A DNA stretch of 60,035 nucleotides, taken from the NCBI GenBank assembly GCA_000998135.1, contig LCCV01000009.1, forward strand, positions 1 through 60,035. The letters run 5' to 3'. The notes beneath the pieces are model-generated. The model had not been told where the DNA came from. It saw only the letters and a list, made by a program, of their open reading frames with translations, and ran no database searches. The position numbers and the translations under genes were made by a program. This DNA comes from Parcubacteria group bacterium GW2011_GWA2_42_14. GTDB taxonomy: Bacteria > Patescibacteriota > Minisyncoccia > Sungbacterales > GWA2-42-14. Shown in pieces: positions 17,605 to 26,592 of this stretch; the stretch's first letter is position 1, and every line of letters begins with the position of its first letter.

Positions 17605-18483
17605 ATGGCCGTTCAAAATATTCTTAAATATCTCCAGGATAATAAAGACCGTTTTCCACTAGACGTTCTTTTGGGCGAACTTAGAAAATTTGGATATCCG
17701 GAAGCAGAAATTCAGGAAGCGTTAAAAATACTTTCAAGCGCTGATGTTAACCAACCGCTGTCTCCGCCCGGGCCTTCTCCTCATGCGAAAGACGCCACGC
17801 CGTCCATTTTACCGCATGGAAAGAAGATTGGCGCGTTCATCTTAGGTTTTTTTAGCGCGTGCGCGGCGCTGGTAATTGCTGGAATAGTATATTTTCTTAC
17901 CCTATTCGGGTATAGGTATTTTGGCGGTTATGGTATTTTAGGATACAGCTCAAGTTATTATATATTGCCTGTAGTTTTCATTATATTAAGTACGGGAACA
18001 GTGATATTAATTTTCTTTTTAACGCGCCGCTGGTTTCCTTATTACGCAAGGGGATTATTTGTAGGCAGTATTACATTTGTGGCCATTGCCGTAATTGGAG
18101 GCATAATTATCTGGTTTACTGTTTATCGTTCATTAAATCAGTCCCGTGTGTATAGCCGGGATGCCCGCAGAATAGCTGACATTAAGCAGCTTCAATTGGC
18201 ACTCGAACTTTTTTATGACGCAAAAATTTCGTATCCTGAGCGCCTTGCTGAACTTTCGCCCGCATATATTCCCTCAATTCCCAAAGACCCCGGCAGGCAG
18301 GAAATATATCATTTTGAACGCAGGGGAGACGGCAGTTACTATTTGCAGGCGGAGCTGGAAAATCCAGACAATCCTGCGTTAAAAAACGATTTGAACCCGG
18401 GCAATAGTTTTTATGAGGTAAGTGAAAGCCCTTTGCCGTCTTATACCCCTCCCTTGTACAGGCCGCAAACATTTTCTCCATGA
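17605..18483 (+). CDS. polytopic membrane protein with C-terminal pilin-like (GspG-like) globular domain
   Basis: Four or five TM helices, then RDARRIADIKQLQLALELFYDAKISYPERLAELSPAYIPSIPKDP...YYLQAELEN, which is typical of the type IV pilin head. It lacks the G|FTLIE signal. Confidence 0.5.
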   Translation: MAVQNILKYLQDNKDRFPLDVLLGELRKFGYPEAEIQEALKILSSADVNQPLSPPGPSPHAKDATPSILPHGKKIGAFILGFFSACAALVIAGIVYFLTLFGYRYFGGYGILGYSSSYYILPVVFIILSTGTVILIFFLTRRWFPYYARGLFVGSITFVAIAVIGGIIIWFTVYRSLNQSRVYSRDARRIADIKQLQLALELFYDAKISYPERLAELSPAYIPSIPKDPGRQEIYHFERRGDGSYYLQAELENPDNPALKNDLNPGNSFYEVSESPLPSYTPPLYRPQTFSP

Positions 18484-18515
18484 TAGTGTTTATAATGTTA
18501 GGAATTTAATAAATT

Positions 18516-20429
18516 ATGGATGAATTAATAAAAAAAATAGAAGAAATTGAAAAGCGATTAAGCGCCATTGAAAGCTGGGTTGGTTTTTGGATATCGCAAG
18601 AATCTCAAACCGTACCTCCGCCGCCTCCCATAGCCGTCCCATCGTCAGTACCAACAAAGCCGCCCACTCCACCTTCGTATGTCCTTGAAGATTTATCCGG
18701 ACGAGAATCCTTGCAAGAAACGCCCAAAACCACGATGTGGGTATCTGAAACGGGGCCAAGAAATCTCGAGTCATACATCGGCAGATGGTGGCTTGGAATC
18801 GTTGGTCTTGTGGCAATTATCTTTGGCATGAGTTTTTTCATTAAATATGCTTTTGATAATAACTGGATAGGGGAAACAGGCAGGATTATGCTTGGAATCG
18901 CAATGGGGCTTGTTTTTGTGGTTGCCGGAGAAATATTACGCCCAAGGATTGCTAAATATTCGTACATTTTAAGCGGCGGGGGGCTTGCTTTATTCTATCT
19001 TTCTATTTATGCGGCATTCTCTTTTTATCATCTTATTGGACAGCCGACCGCCTTTCTCTTTATGGGCTTGATAACGGCATTCGGTGTAACGCTTTCTTTA
19101 TTTGCCAATGCCGTTGAATTATCAGCGCTTGCCGTATCAGGAGGATTTTTAACTCCATACCTTCTTTCTACGGGAACCGTGAATGATGCCGGCTTCTTTT
19201 CATATATTGCTATTCTCAATATCGGCATTCTAGCTGTTGCGTTTTTCAAGAAGTGGCGCCAGCTGACGATTTTAGGATTTACCGGTACGGTGCTTAATTT
19301 CGCGTCCTGGTACGGTGTTTATTATAATTCCGAAAAACTGTTTTTTGCGATTTCTGTTCTTTCTGCTTTTTACATAATTTATACTTTGGCCGGAGTAATT
19401 GCCAATTTTGTCACCAAGAAATTAAGCGATACCGGCGATCTTTTTGTGCTTACCATAAATCCGGTGTGGTTTTTTGGCTGGGTTTATTATCTTTTAAAGC
19501 CGCAATATGAAAATTCCTTGGGGTTTGTGGCTGCGGGTCTTGCCGCGCTTTACATTCTCTTTGCCTACATTTCGTCTTTCTTAAATCCCGATGATAAGCG
19601 TTTAACGCTTTTTCTCGGCGCCATTGCTCTTGTTTTTCTAACCATTGCGATTCCTTTACAACTTGACCAAAATGCCGTCACGATCGCCTGGGCCATGGAA
19701 GCCGCTGTTCTTTTCAGCCTGGGCGCGATATTAAAAAATGCCAATATGCGTATGTTTGCCTTAAGTGTTTTCCTCATTGCCATGTTTCGGTTGTTTGCAT
19801 TTGATAGCGAACGAGGGAATCTTGCGGAATTCACTCCTATTTTTAATAAGCGTTTTTTTACCTACTTCATGGTAATATTTTCTTCAGCCGTAATGGCTTA
19901 TGTCTCATCCATTAATGCTTTTGAATTTACCTGGCGCGAGAAAGGGGTAAGGGCGTTTATCGGAACCGCCTTAAATATTTTGATACTCATTGCCATATCT
20001 CTCGAAATTTATGCTTTTTTTGATGCGCGTATTTTTGAGCTTAATAGAAAATCTCTTCAATCAAGCCAATACGGCAATAACAGTGGACAGGTCCTTAATG
20101 ATTATGGCACCGTTTATCGATTGCCCGATTCGCAAGAATATCGTTCTCTGGCCAATAAGCGGAATGCCTCAATTTCAGTTTTTTGGACGCTATATGCAGT
20201 ATTGTTAATAGGACTCGGCATAGTCTATAAAAACGGTTTTTTGCGCTGGTTAGCCCTTATCCTTTTTGGCGTTACTGTTGCCAAGGTGTTTATCTTTGAC
20301 CTCTCTTTTCTTGCCACTCCCCAGCGGATTATATCCTTTATGGTTCTAGGTGTAATTCTTTTGATTGCGTCATACCTTTATTTTCGGTTTCAGAAGCAAC
20401 TGGAAGGAACTTTATCTAATAAACCTTGA
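18516..20429 (+). CDS. large polytopic membrane protein (DUF2339-like)
   Basis: N-terminal coiled segment MDELIKKIEEIEKRLSAIESW, a Pro-rich linker, then about 16 TM helices. The assignment rests on architecture and the DUF3999-like neighbour, recalled from memory. Confidence 0.45.
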   Translation: MDELIKKIEEIEKRLSAIESWVGFWISQESQTVPPPPPIAVPSSVPTKPPTPPSYVLEDLSGRESLQETPKTTMWVSETGPRNLESYIGRWWLGIVGLVAIIFGMSFFIKYAFDNNWIGETGRIMLGIAMGLVFVVAGEILRPRIAKYSYILSGGGLALFYLSIYAAFSFYHLIGQPTAFLFMGLITAFGVTLSLFANAVELSALAVSGGFLTPYLLSTGTVNDAGFFSYIAILNIGILAVAFFKKWRQLTILGFTGTVLNFASWYGVYYNSEKLFFAISVLSAFYIIYTLAGVIANFVTKKLSDTGDLFVLTINPVWFFGWVYYLLKPQYENSLGFVAAGLAALYILFAYISSFLNPDDKRLTLFLGAIALVFLTIAIPLQLDQNAVTIAWAMEAAVLFSLGAILKNANMRMFALSVFLIAMFRLFAFDSERGNLAEFTPIFNKRFFTYFMVIFSSAVMAYVSSINAFEFTWREKGVRAFIGTALNILILIAISLEIYAFFDARIFELNRKSLQSSQYGNNSGQVLNDYGTVYRLPDSQEYRSLANKRNASISVFWTLYAVLLIGLGIVYKNGFLRWLALILFGVTVAKVFIFDLSFLATPQRIISFMVLGVILLIASYLYFRFQKQLEGTLSNKP

Positions 20430-20549
20430 GTTACGAAATACAATAATCCGCGTGATATCAGCGTATTAATCAGCGTAAAATTAGCGTAAACGCTGATAGA
20501 ACGCTGAACGGTACGCTGAAGAAAACGCTGATAATCTTAATTTCGTAAT
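20430..20549. repeat. periodic-word hairpin (CAGCGT x3 / ACGCTG x4, period 11-12 nt)
   Basis: cagcgt occurs at 20459, 20471 and 20482, and acgctg at 20490, 20501, 20513 and 20525. The outer arms are ttacgaaat / atttcgtaa. Confidence 0.8.
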
Positions 20550-21856
20550 TGAAGGTAATAAAACGTAAAATAACGATGAAATACTTTTATTTTATTATTA
20601 GCATATTGATATGGATAGGACTGACCTTGACGGTTCATGCTGATTTTAATTCTCCGGCATGGGAATGGCGGAGCAGAGTTATCGGCGGTTCTTTTTTGGG
20701 CTCCGATTTTGTTCTGCTTGACTTACCTTCTGATTTTTTCTCCTATTTAAAATCAGATCTTTCGGATCTGCGGGTGGCTAATCAGGATGGAGAAGTTCCT
20801 TATGTTATTGCCCAAGAAAAGGAATCGGAAACTTTTACGGGTGTTCCGGCACGAATGTTTAACCTTTCCTACGCGCCGGGAGATGCCACTTCCCTTGAGG
20901 TGGACTTAGGCCAATCAGGAGTATTTCATAACTCTATTAATATTGAAACAACGTCCGAGAATTTTCGCAGGATTGTGGAAATTCAGGGGTCAAACGACCA
21001 GGCATCATGGCGGACGCTTAATCCCCGTGGGCAAATTTTTGATTATACGGTCCGCGATATAAAACCTGTATCCGTGCGGGATACAAATGTTGCCTATCCG
21101 GATGCAACGTTTCGCTATCTTTTGGTTAAAGTTTTTGATCAGGGGGAAGAGCCGCTTAAGGTTCGCGGCGTTAAAGTTTTTCGCAAAGTATCAATGCCCT
21201 CCCGGGAACTTTTCTACAGTCCGTTGCTTGAAATCGTGGAGAATAAAGACGAGCATACGACCAACGTTATTTTGGATATAGGAGCGCGCGGCATCCCGCA
21301 TCGCCGGGGCCGTATTACGACTTCAAGCGTAAATTTTAATCGCGCGGTCGCAATTTTTGACAGCGACAATAAAACTGATTGGCGGCTTTTATCCAATGCT
21401 TACCTATTCGTCATTGATACGCCAAAATTCAGAGGAAGCAGTTTGGATTTCAGTTACCCCGAATCAAATCGCCGATATCTGCGCCTTTCTATATATAACC
21501 GTGACGATAAACCAATCAATATTAGCGAGGCAGGCTTATATGGAATTGTTAGGAGAATTCTTTTTAAGTTTGATTCAGTAAAAGATTATTATGTTTATCT
21601 CGGCAATTCCGAAGCGCGCCGTCCTCAATATGATATCGAAGCAATCTCTCAATATGTTGACGCCGTCGGACTAAATCGCGTAAGCGCCGAACCGGTGGAA
21701 AAGAATGGAGATTATGTTGTTGCTGTTGCCCCTAGGCCGCCCCTAACAGAACGCTCTCCGTATATATTGCCGGTAATACTGGGTATTGTTGTGGCAATTT
21801 TGGCTTTTTTGCTTTTAAAAACATTGGTGGGTAAAATTAAGAGTGAACATCAGTAA
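20549..21856 (+). CDS. secreted/anchored beta-rich protein (DUF3999-like) with C-terminal TM helix
   Basis: N-terminal signal-like helix, discoidin-like repeats and a C-terminal TM helix. Ends in the tail TLVGKIKSEHQ, identical to the transketolase-N tail. Confidence 0.45.
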   Translation: MKVIKRKITMKYFYFIISILIWIGLTLTVHADFNSPAWEWRSRVIGGSFLGSDFVLLDLPSDFFSYLKSDLSDLRVANQDGEVPYVIAQEKESETFTGVPARMFNLSYAPGDATSLEVDLGQSGVFHNSINIETTSENFRRIVEIQGSNDQASWRTLNPRGQIFDYTVRDIKPVSVRDTNVAYPDATFRYLLVKVFDQGEEPLKVRGVKVFRKVSMPSRELFYSPLLEIVENKDEHTTNVILDIGARGIPHRRGRITTSSVNFNRAVAIFDSDNKTDWRLLSNAYLFVIDTPKFRGSSLDFSYPESNRRYLRLSIYNRDDKPINISEAGLYGIVRRILFKFDSVKDYYVYLGNSEARRPQYDIEAISQYVDAVGLNRVSAEPVEKNGDYVVAVAPRPPLTERSPYILPVILGIVVAILAFLLLKTLVGKIKSEHQ

Positions 21857-21932
21857 TAAATCTATCTCGAATCAATCTCTAATTTTTTCGCGAATATTCG
21901 CGAATTAATTCGCGATTGATAAGCGATGAAAC

Positions 21933-22181
21933 ATGAAACACGATAAAATGCATATGTCTTGCTGTCTGATGCCATTGGCCGGAATTATTTTATGGCTGGC
22001 TTCATCAGCGGCATTAATATTGGCCTGGCTTTCCGGCAACGGATTTATGCTGGGGAGAAATTCGGTGCAATGGTATTGGGACGCTTTGATTTTGGGTGTG
22101 CTTGCCGTCGGTTCAAAACTTGGGGTAATAATAAAACGCGGCAGCGAGTTAAAATGCGAAAAGCATGAAAAGGATAAATGA
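21933..22181 (+). CDS. small membrane protein
   Basis: Two hydrophobic helices. The stop overlaps the next start in an ATGA arrangement. Confidence 0.4.
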   Translation: MKHDKMHMSCCLMPLAGIILWLASSAALILAWLSGNGFMLGRNSVQWYWDALILGVLAVGSKLGVIIKRGSELKCEKHEKDK

Positions 22182-22381
22182 GCATATTAAGCCGTAAACG
22201 GCGGCAAAAATTAACTATGAATAAAAAATTTTTCTTGGATATAAATTTTATCGGCGTGATATTGTTTTGCGTTTTGGTTACGGTTTTTCTTTTGATTAAA
22301 ATGGGCGAGGCGTTCACCGAAATTGATTCTATTTCCAAAAGTATTGAAAGTTCAATGAAAGTAATAAAAAGTAATCCTTAA
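22178..22381 (+). CDS. small membrane protein
   Basis: One TM helix, with ATGA overlap onto the upstream ORF. Confidence 0.4.
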   Translation: MSILSRKRRQKLTMNKKFFLDINFIGVILFCVLVTVFLLIKMGEAFTEIDSISKSIESSMKVIKSNP

Positions 22382-22445
22382 TTAACGGTGACTTGGGGTA
22401 AGAAACAGTAAACATACTTCATATTCCATGTTTCCGGCATAATTT

Positions 22446-22955
22446 ATGAAAAACATTTTTGTAAAAGATTTTATGAATACCGGAGTTCTTACTGTAAAAC
22501 CTGATACGCCGACCATTGACGTGGCTAAAATACTTTTTGTTAATGATTATAACGGTATCCCGGTAGTCAACGGCCAAAATGAGCTTCAGGGTCTGATTAC
22601 CGATTATGATTTTATTGAAAAAGGGTCGGCCGTGCATTTTTCGCCTTTGGGCAATCTTCTGGAAGAACTGACGATATTCAGAAAAAACAAAGAAGAAATA
22701 GATAAAAAAATAAAAGCGCTGATAGCGTCAAAAGCCGGCAATATTATGAATAAGGAACCCATAACGCTTTCACCCAATAACACTTTAAAAGAAGCGGCAG
22801 ACCTTTTTGTGGGGCATCATCGGGTAAATCCGGTTCCGGTGGTTGACGGTTTTAATAAAGTCGTAGGAATTGTCAGCCGCTATGATTTGATAAAACTTTA
22901 CGTTGACCCTGTTTTTTGGATGAAGTTGCTGGCGGCAAGAAATAGAGATAACTAA
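22446..22955 (+). CDS. CBS domain pair protein
   Basis: Two CBS repeats (VKDFMNTGVLTVKPDTP...GIPVV and AGNIMNKEPITLSPNNTL...PVPVVD). Confidence 0.75.
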   Translation: MKNIFVKDFMNTGVLTVKPDTPTIDVAKILFVNDYNGIPVVNGQNELQGLITDYDFIEKGSAVHFSPLGNLLEELTIFRKNKEEIDKKIKALIASKAGNIMNKEPITLSPNNTLKEAADLFVGHHRVNPVPVVDGFNKVVGIVSRYDLIKLYVDPVFWMKLLAARNRDN

Positions 22956-23025
22956 ATTTACTGTTCGAGCAAGGTTGAGAATATACCTTATAGTATGGTG
23001 AACTTCTCGACAAGCTTGAAACATA

Positions 23026-24051
23026 TTGATTATGCCAGTTAATCCCCAAGCAAAATTAGTAGAAAATATCTTGGATTTAAAATCCATCGAGCAGAAGCCT
23101 ACTAGAGACGGCTTTGGTTTGGGTTTGGTTCAGGCGGCCGATGAAAATCCGAATGTAGTCGGCCTTTGCGCGGATTTAACGGAATCAACCCGCATGGAGC
23201 CGTTTGCCAAAAAATATCCCCAACGATTTATACAAATGGGGGTTGCCGAACAAAACCTTGCTTCGGTTGCTTCGGGATTATCAGCCGTCGGAAAAATTCC
23301 TTATATCACTTCTTATGCCATGTTCAGTCCGGGCAGAAACTGGGAACAAATCCGCACGACCATTTGTTATAACAATCAAAATGTAAAAATTATCGGCTCG
23401 CATGCGGGTGTTTCGGTCGGACCTGACGGAGCTACGCATCAGGCAATTGAGGATATTGCTATTACGCGCCCGATTGCCAATATGCAGGTTTTTGCCCCAT
23501 GCGATATGTGGGAGGGGAAAAAAGTTTCTTATGCAATTTCCAAATTGTATGGGCCTTGTTATGCCCGTTTTACAAGGGAAAAAACTCCTGTTTTTACAAC
23601 CGAAGAAACTCCGTTTGAAATCGGCAAGGCACAGATTTTTTGGAACTCTAACTTGGAAACGGGGTTTCCAAGTAAGAAACTAGACGTCGCCATCATCGTC
23701 TGCGGCCCCTTAACCCATAATGCGATTTTGGCCGCCGCCGATTTGGAAAAAGAGGGGATTAAAATTTGTGTCATCAACAATCCTTCAATAAAACCGATGG
23801 ACGAAGCAGTAATAATTCAGGCCGCCAAAGACGCCGGCGCGGTGGTTACGGTTGAAGAACATCAGGTTGCCGGCGGTATGGGCTCGGCCGTTGCCGAAGT
23901 TTTGGCGAAAAATTATCCCGTGCCAATGGAATTTATCGGCGTGCAAAACCGTTTTGGGGAGTCCGGAAATCCAAATGAATTGATTGAGGCATTTGGAATG
24001 GGAGTAAAAAATATCAAGGAAGCAGTAAAAAAAGTAATTAATAGAAAATAG
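23026..24051 (+). CDS. transketolase, C-terminal (pyrimidine-binding) subunit
   Basis: PTRDGFG..L......VVGLCADL..ST....F....P.RFIQMGVAEQN...HAGVSVGPDGATHQAIEDIA. Confidence 0.85.
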   Translation: MIMPVNPQAKLVENILDLKSIEQKPTRDGFGLGLVQAADENPNVVGLCADLTESTRMEPFAKKYPQRFIQMGVAEQNLASVASGLSAVGKIPYITSYAMFSPGRNWEQIRTTICYNNQNVKIIGSHAGVSVGPDGATHQAIEDIAITRPIANMQVFAPCDMWEGKKVSYAISKLYGPCYARFTREKTPVFTTEETPFEIGKAQIFWNSNLETGFPSKKLDVAIIVCGPLTHNAILAAADLEKEGIKICVINNPSIKPMDEAVIIQAAKDAGAVVTVEEHQVAGGMGSAVAEVLAKNYPVPMEFIGVQNRFGESGNPNELIEAFGMGVKNIKEAVKKVINRK

Positions 24052-24065
24052 CATGATATATTAAA

Positions 24066-24089
24066 AATCGCGCTTATAGGGCGCGATTT
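24066..24089 (+). terminator. rho-independent terminator
   Basis: aaatcgcgc-ttatag-ggcgcgattt hairpin after the tkt C-subunit stop. Confidence 0.6.
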
Positions 24090-24123
24090 GTGTTTGCTAA
24101 AAACAAGTTATATAATATAAAAT

Positions 24124-25155
24124 ATGCAATTTGACGTCATTACAATCGGCACCGCAACCAGAGATGCTTTTGTCAAAAGCAAAGATTTTCATGTTGATAA
24201 AGACCGGCATGTTTTGGGTGGCAGGGGATTGGTAATGCCCTTGGGAGCGAAGCTTGAAATAGAAAAAATAGAATTTTCAAGCGGAGGCGGAGCAACCAAT
24301 ACCGCCGTTACTTTTGCCAAACAAGGTTTAAAAACCGCGGCTCTTTGCGTCGTTGGAAATGATGTTTTGGGCGAGGCGATAATCCAGGAATTAAAGCGCG
24401 AAAAGGTTGATGCCGATTTTGTCGTCAAGAGAAAAGAACTGCCGACCGCCTATTCAATTCTATTGCACCCGGAAGGCGGGGAAAGAACGGTTTTGGTTTA
24501 TCGGGGGGCATCGGAAAGCTTGTCCCTAAAAGATATTCCCTGGCAGAAACTTAAAACAAAATGGTTTTATATTTCTTCTCTTGCCGGAAATATCGGCCTT
24601 TTGAAAAATTTGGTTGATTTTGCAAAAAAGAAAAAAATAAAAATTGCTTATAACCCCGGCGGAAAAGAACTAAAACAAAGAAAAAAGCTTTTGCCGATTC
24701 TTAAATATATTGACGTTTTAACCGTTGACCGGCAAGAGGCTGCCCTGATTACGGGCGTTTCTTATAAAAATGAAAAAGAAATTTTTCAAAAATGGGACAA
24801 AATGTCGCCGGGTATAAACGTGATAACGGACGCGAGAAACGGATTATGGGTTTCCGACGGAAAATATCTATACAAGACAGGAATTTATAAAGAAAAGGCG
24901 ATAATTGACAGAACCGGAGCAGGAGACGCGTTCGCCTCAGGATTTGTCGCGGGCGTTATTCGCCAACTGACAACCAACAACCAACAACTTTTAACACTCA
25001 CTACGAAAAATATCAAATACGCGATAAAACTTGGAAGCGCTAATGCTACTTCAAAGGTTGAGGGAATTGGAGCGAAGTACGGATTGCTTACTAAAAAACA
25101 GTTTGAGACGCAGAAAAGGTGGAAGAAGCTTTTTATCAAAGTTGATAAAATCTAG
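24124..25155 (+). CDS. PfkB family carbohydrate kinase
   Basis: GGGATNTAV and DRTGAGDAFASGFVAG motifs. It contains a CAACCAACAACCAACAAC word insert at 24971-24988 (QLTTNNQQ). Confidence 0.8.
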   Translation: MQFDVITIGTATRDAFVKSKDFHVDKDRHVLGGRGLVMPLGAKLEIEKIEFSSGGGATNTAVTFAKQGLKTAALCVVGNDVLGEAIIQELKREKVDADFVVKRKELPTAYSILLHPEGGERTVLVYRGASESLSLKDIPWQKLKTKWFYISSLAGNIGLLKNLVDFAKKKKIKIAYNPGGKELKQRKKLLPILKYIDVLTVDRQEAALITGVSYKNEKEIFQKWDKMSPGINVITDARNGLWVSDGKYLYKTGIYKEKAIIDRTGAGDAFASGFVAGVIRQLTTNNQQLLTLTTKNIKYAIKLGSANATSKVEGIGAKYGLLTKKQFETQKRWKKLFIKVDKI

Positions 25156-25208
25156 CGACAAGCGACATGAGACAAGGGGCATGTCTCATGTTACATGTCA
25201 CATGTTAC
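25155..25208. repeat. periodic-word hairpin (GACA(T)G / CATGT words) overlapping the next start codon
   Basis: gcgacaagcgacatgagacaaggggcatgtctcatgttacatgtcacatgttac. Confidence 0.65.
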
Positions 25209-26496
25209 TTCGTTGGAACCATACGAAAAAATAGCCAAAATTTTAAGAACCGATAAAGACGTGGTAAAAAGCGTAGAAGATTTCATGTCCTTTTTTGTGG
25301 GGCACAATTCCACCATTGAGCGCATTTACGAAGAAAACGAAAGGGTTATTTCCCAGAAAATGGGGCTTTTAGAAATCTCTCAAAAATCGGCCAAGAACAT
25401 TTATGACGCCTTAATCAAAAAAATAGAAACCGATGATAAGCGCTTAAACTCTTTTATCCATCAGGAAAACATAGGCAACATGGAAGGTTTTTACAATCTC
25501 ATTACCTTATCCAACAATCTGGCCAATGTCGGCTCAGGGTTTTTTCTGAAAGAAGAAGTAGCCAAAAAACTAATCCGCCATGATCCGCCTTCCCGCATTA
25601 TGAATTTTTTAGGTTACATCAATGTCGACGAAATGCTTAAGAAGGAAAACGTACTTGAACTCTTTTCGGCCCTTCGTTTTATTGAAGGAAACGAGTGGCT
25701 GAATAACGTCTTTTTTAAGCAATATGCTGATTTAAAACCGGATGATTTTGAAGAGCGTCCCATACGGGCCATACTTCTTGATAAAAAATGGTCCCAACCG
25801 GCCGAGGAATTCATCAAGAAAAAATTCCATAACGTAAGCCACCTGAAAGAACTCGGCATAATATTCATCATTCCGACATTTATGGGAATTTCGGGAGAAA
25901 CCATGAGAACTCTGACTTTGGTTCTGCATTATTTTCATGAAATCAAATTTTATTCCATGCTCTTCAAAAAATATGCCGGCGGGGCTAAGGATGAATTTTC
26001 AAAAAAAATCGTATCATCTTTAAGAGGCGATGTTCTGGACAAAAGATTCCCCGAAGATGATTTAGGCAAAAAATGGCTTATAGTCCAAAGATATCTTGCC
26101 AAAGACGATGAATTTGACTGGAGATTATTTTATCCCCATGTCAATCCTGAAGCGATTCATTGGTCCAAAGCTGAAGATGATATTGCCCGCCTCGGGGAAA
26201 AATATGGGGAACTCGGGTTTTCTTTCTGGGAAAACTTAAACCATATCGGCGATTTTTTTCCGGATGAGGCCGGTGTGGATATTCTCGTGAGTTTTAACCT
26301 GATTGATGTTGCTATGTCTTTGGTGCAAAAAAAACAGCTTATTAAATATCTTTATCACCATCAGGAAGCCATGTGGAATAAGATTTTCTCGGAATTCATG
26401 GGGCATGAACGGATGGAGCAGATGATAATTGATAATTTTGATAAAGGATACATAAATTTGGAAAATCCAAATTTCAAAATCCCAAATTCCAAATAA
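25195..26496 (+). CDS. conserved-looking hypothetical protein (433 aa)
   Basis: Long ORF with ordinary composition and no recognisable motif. The first codons (MSHVTS) and last codons (NPNFKIPNSK) are encoded by word-repeat hairpins. Confidence 0.5.
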   Translation: MSHVTSLEPYEKIAKILRTDKDVVKSVEDFMSFFVGHNSTIERIYEENERVISQKMGLLEISQKSAKNIYDALIKKIETDDKRLNSFIHQENIGNMEGFYNLITLSNNLANVGSGFFLKEEVAKKLIRHDPPSRIMNFLGYINVDEMLKKENVLELFSALRFIEGNEWLNNVFFKQYADLKPDDFEERPIRAILLDKKWSQPAEEFIKKKFHNVSHLKELGIIFIIPTFMGISGETMRTLTLVLHYFHEIKFYSMLFKKYAGGAKDEFSKKIVSSLRGDVLDKRFPEDDLGKKWLIVQRYLAKDDEFDWRLFYPHVNPEAIHWSKAEDDIARLGEKYGELGFSFWENLNHIGDFFPDEAGVDILVSFNLIDVAMSLVQKKQLIKYLYHHQEAMWNKIFSEFMGHERMEQMIIDNFDKGYINLENPNFKIPNSK

Positions 26497-26585
26497 TGCC
26501 AAAATCCAAATATCAAAAATTAAAAAAATTTGAATTTTGAGTTTTGAATTTATTTGGGATTTGAAGATTGGAATTTGGAATTTTT
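26463..26585. repeat. periodic-word hairpin (CCAAA(T) / ATTTGG words)
   Basis: aaatccaaatttcaaaatcccaaattccaaataatgccaaaatccaaat ... tttgaattttgagttttgaatttatttgggatttgaagattggaatttggaattt. Confidence 0.8.
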
Positions 26586-26592
26586 ATGTAAT

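Noticed and set aside
20430-20549. CRISPR array as an explanation for the regular short repeats here and at similar loci
   Set aside because: The period is only 10-12 nt with no spacers of 25-40 nt. The arrays are palindromic (word then reverse-complement word), there are only 3-5 units per arm, and no cas genes are present.
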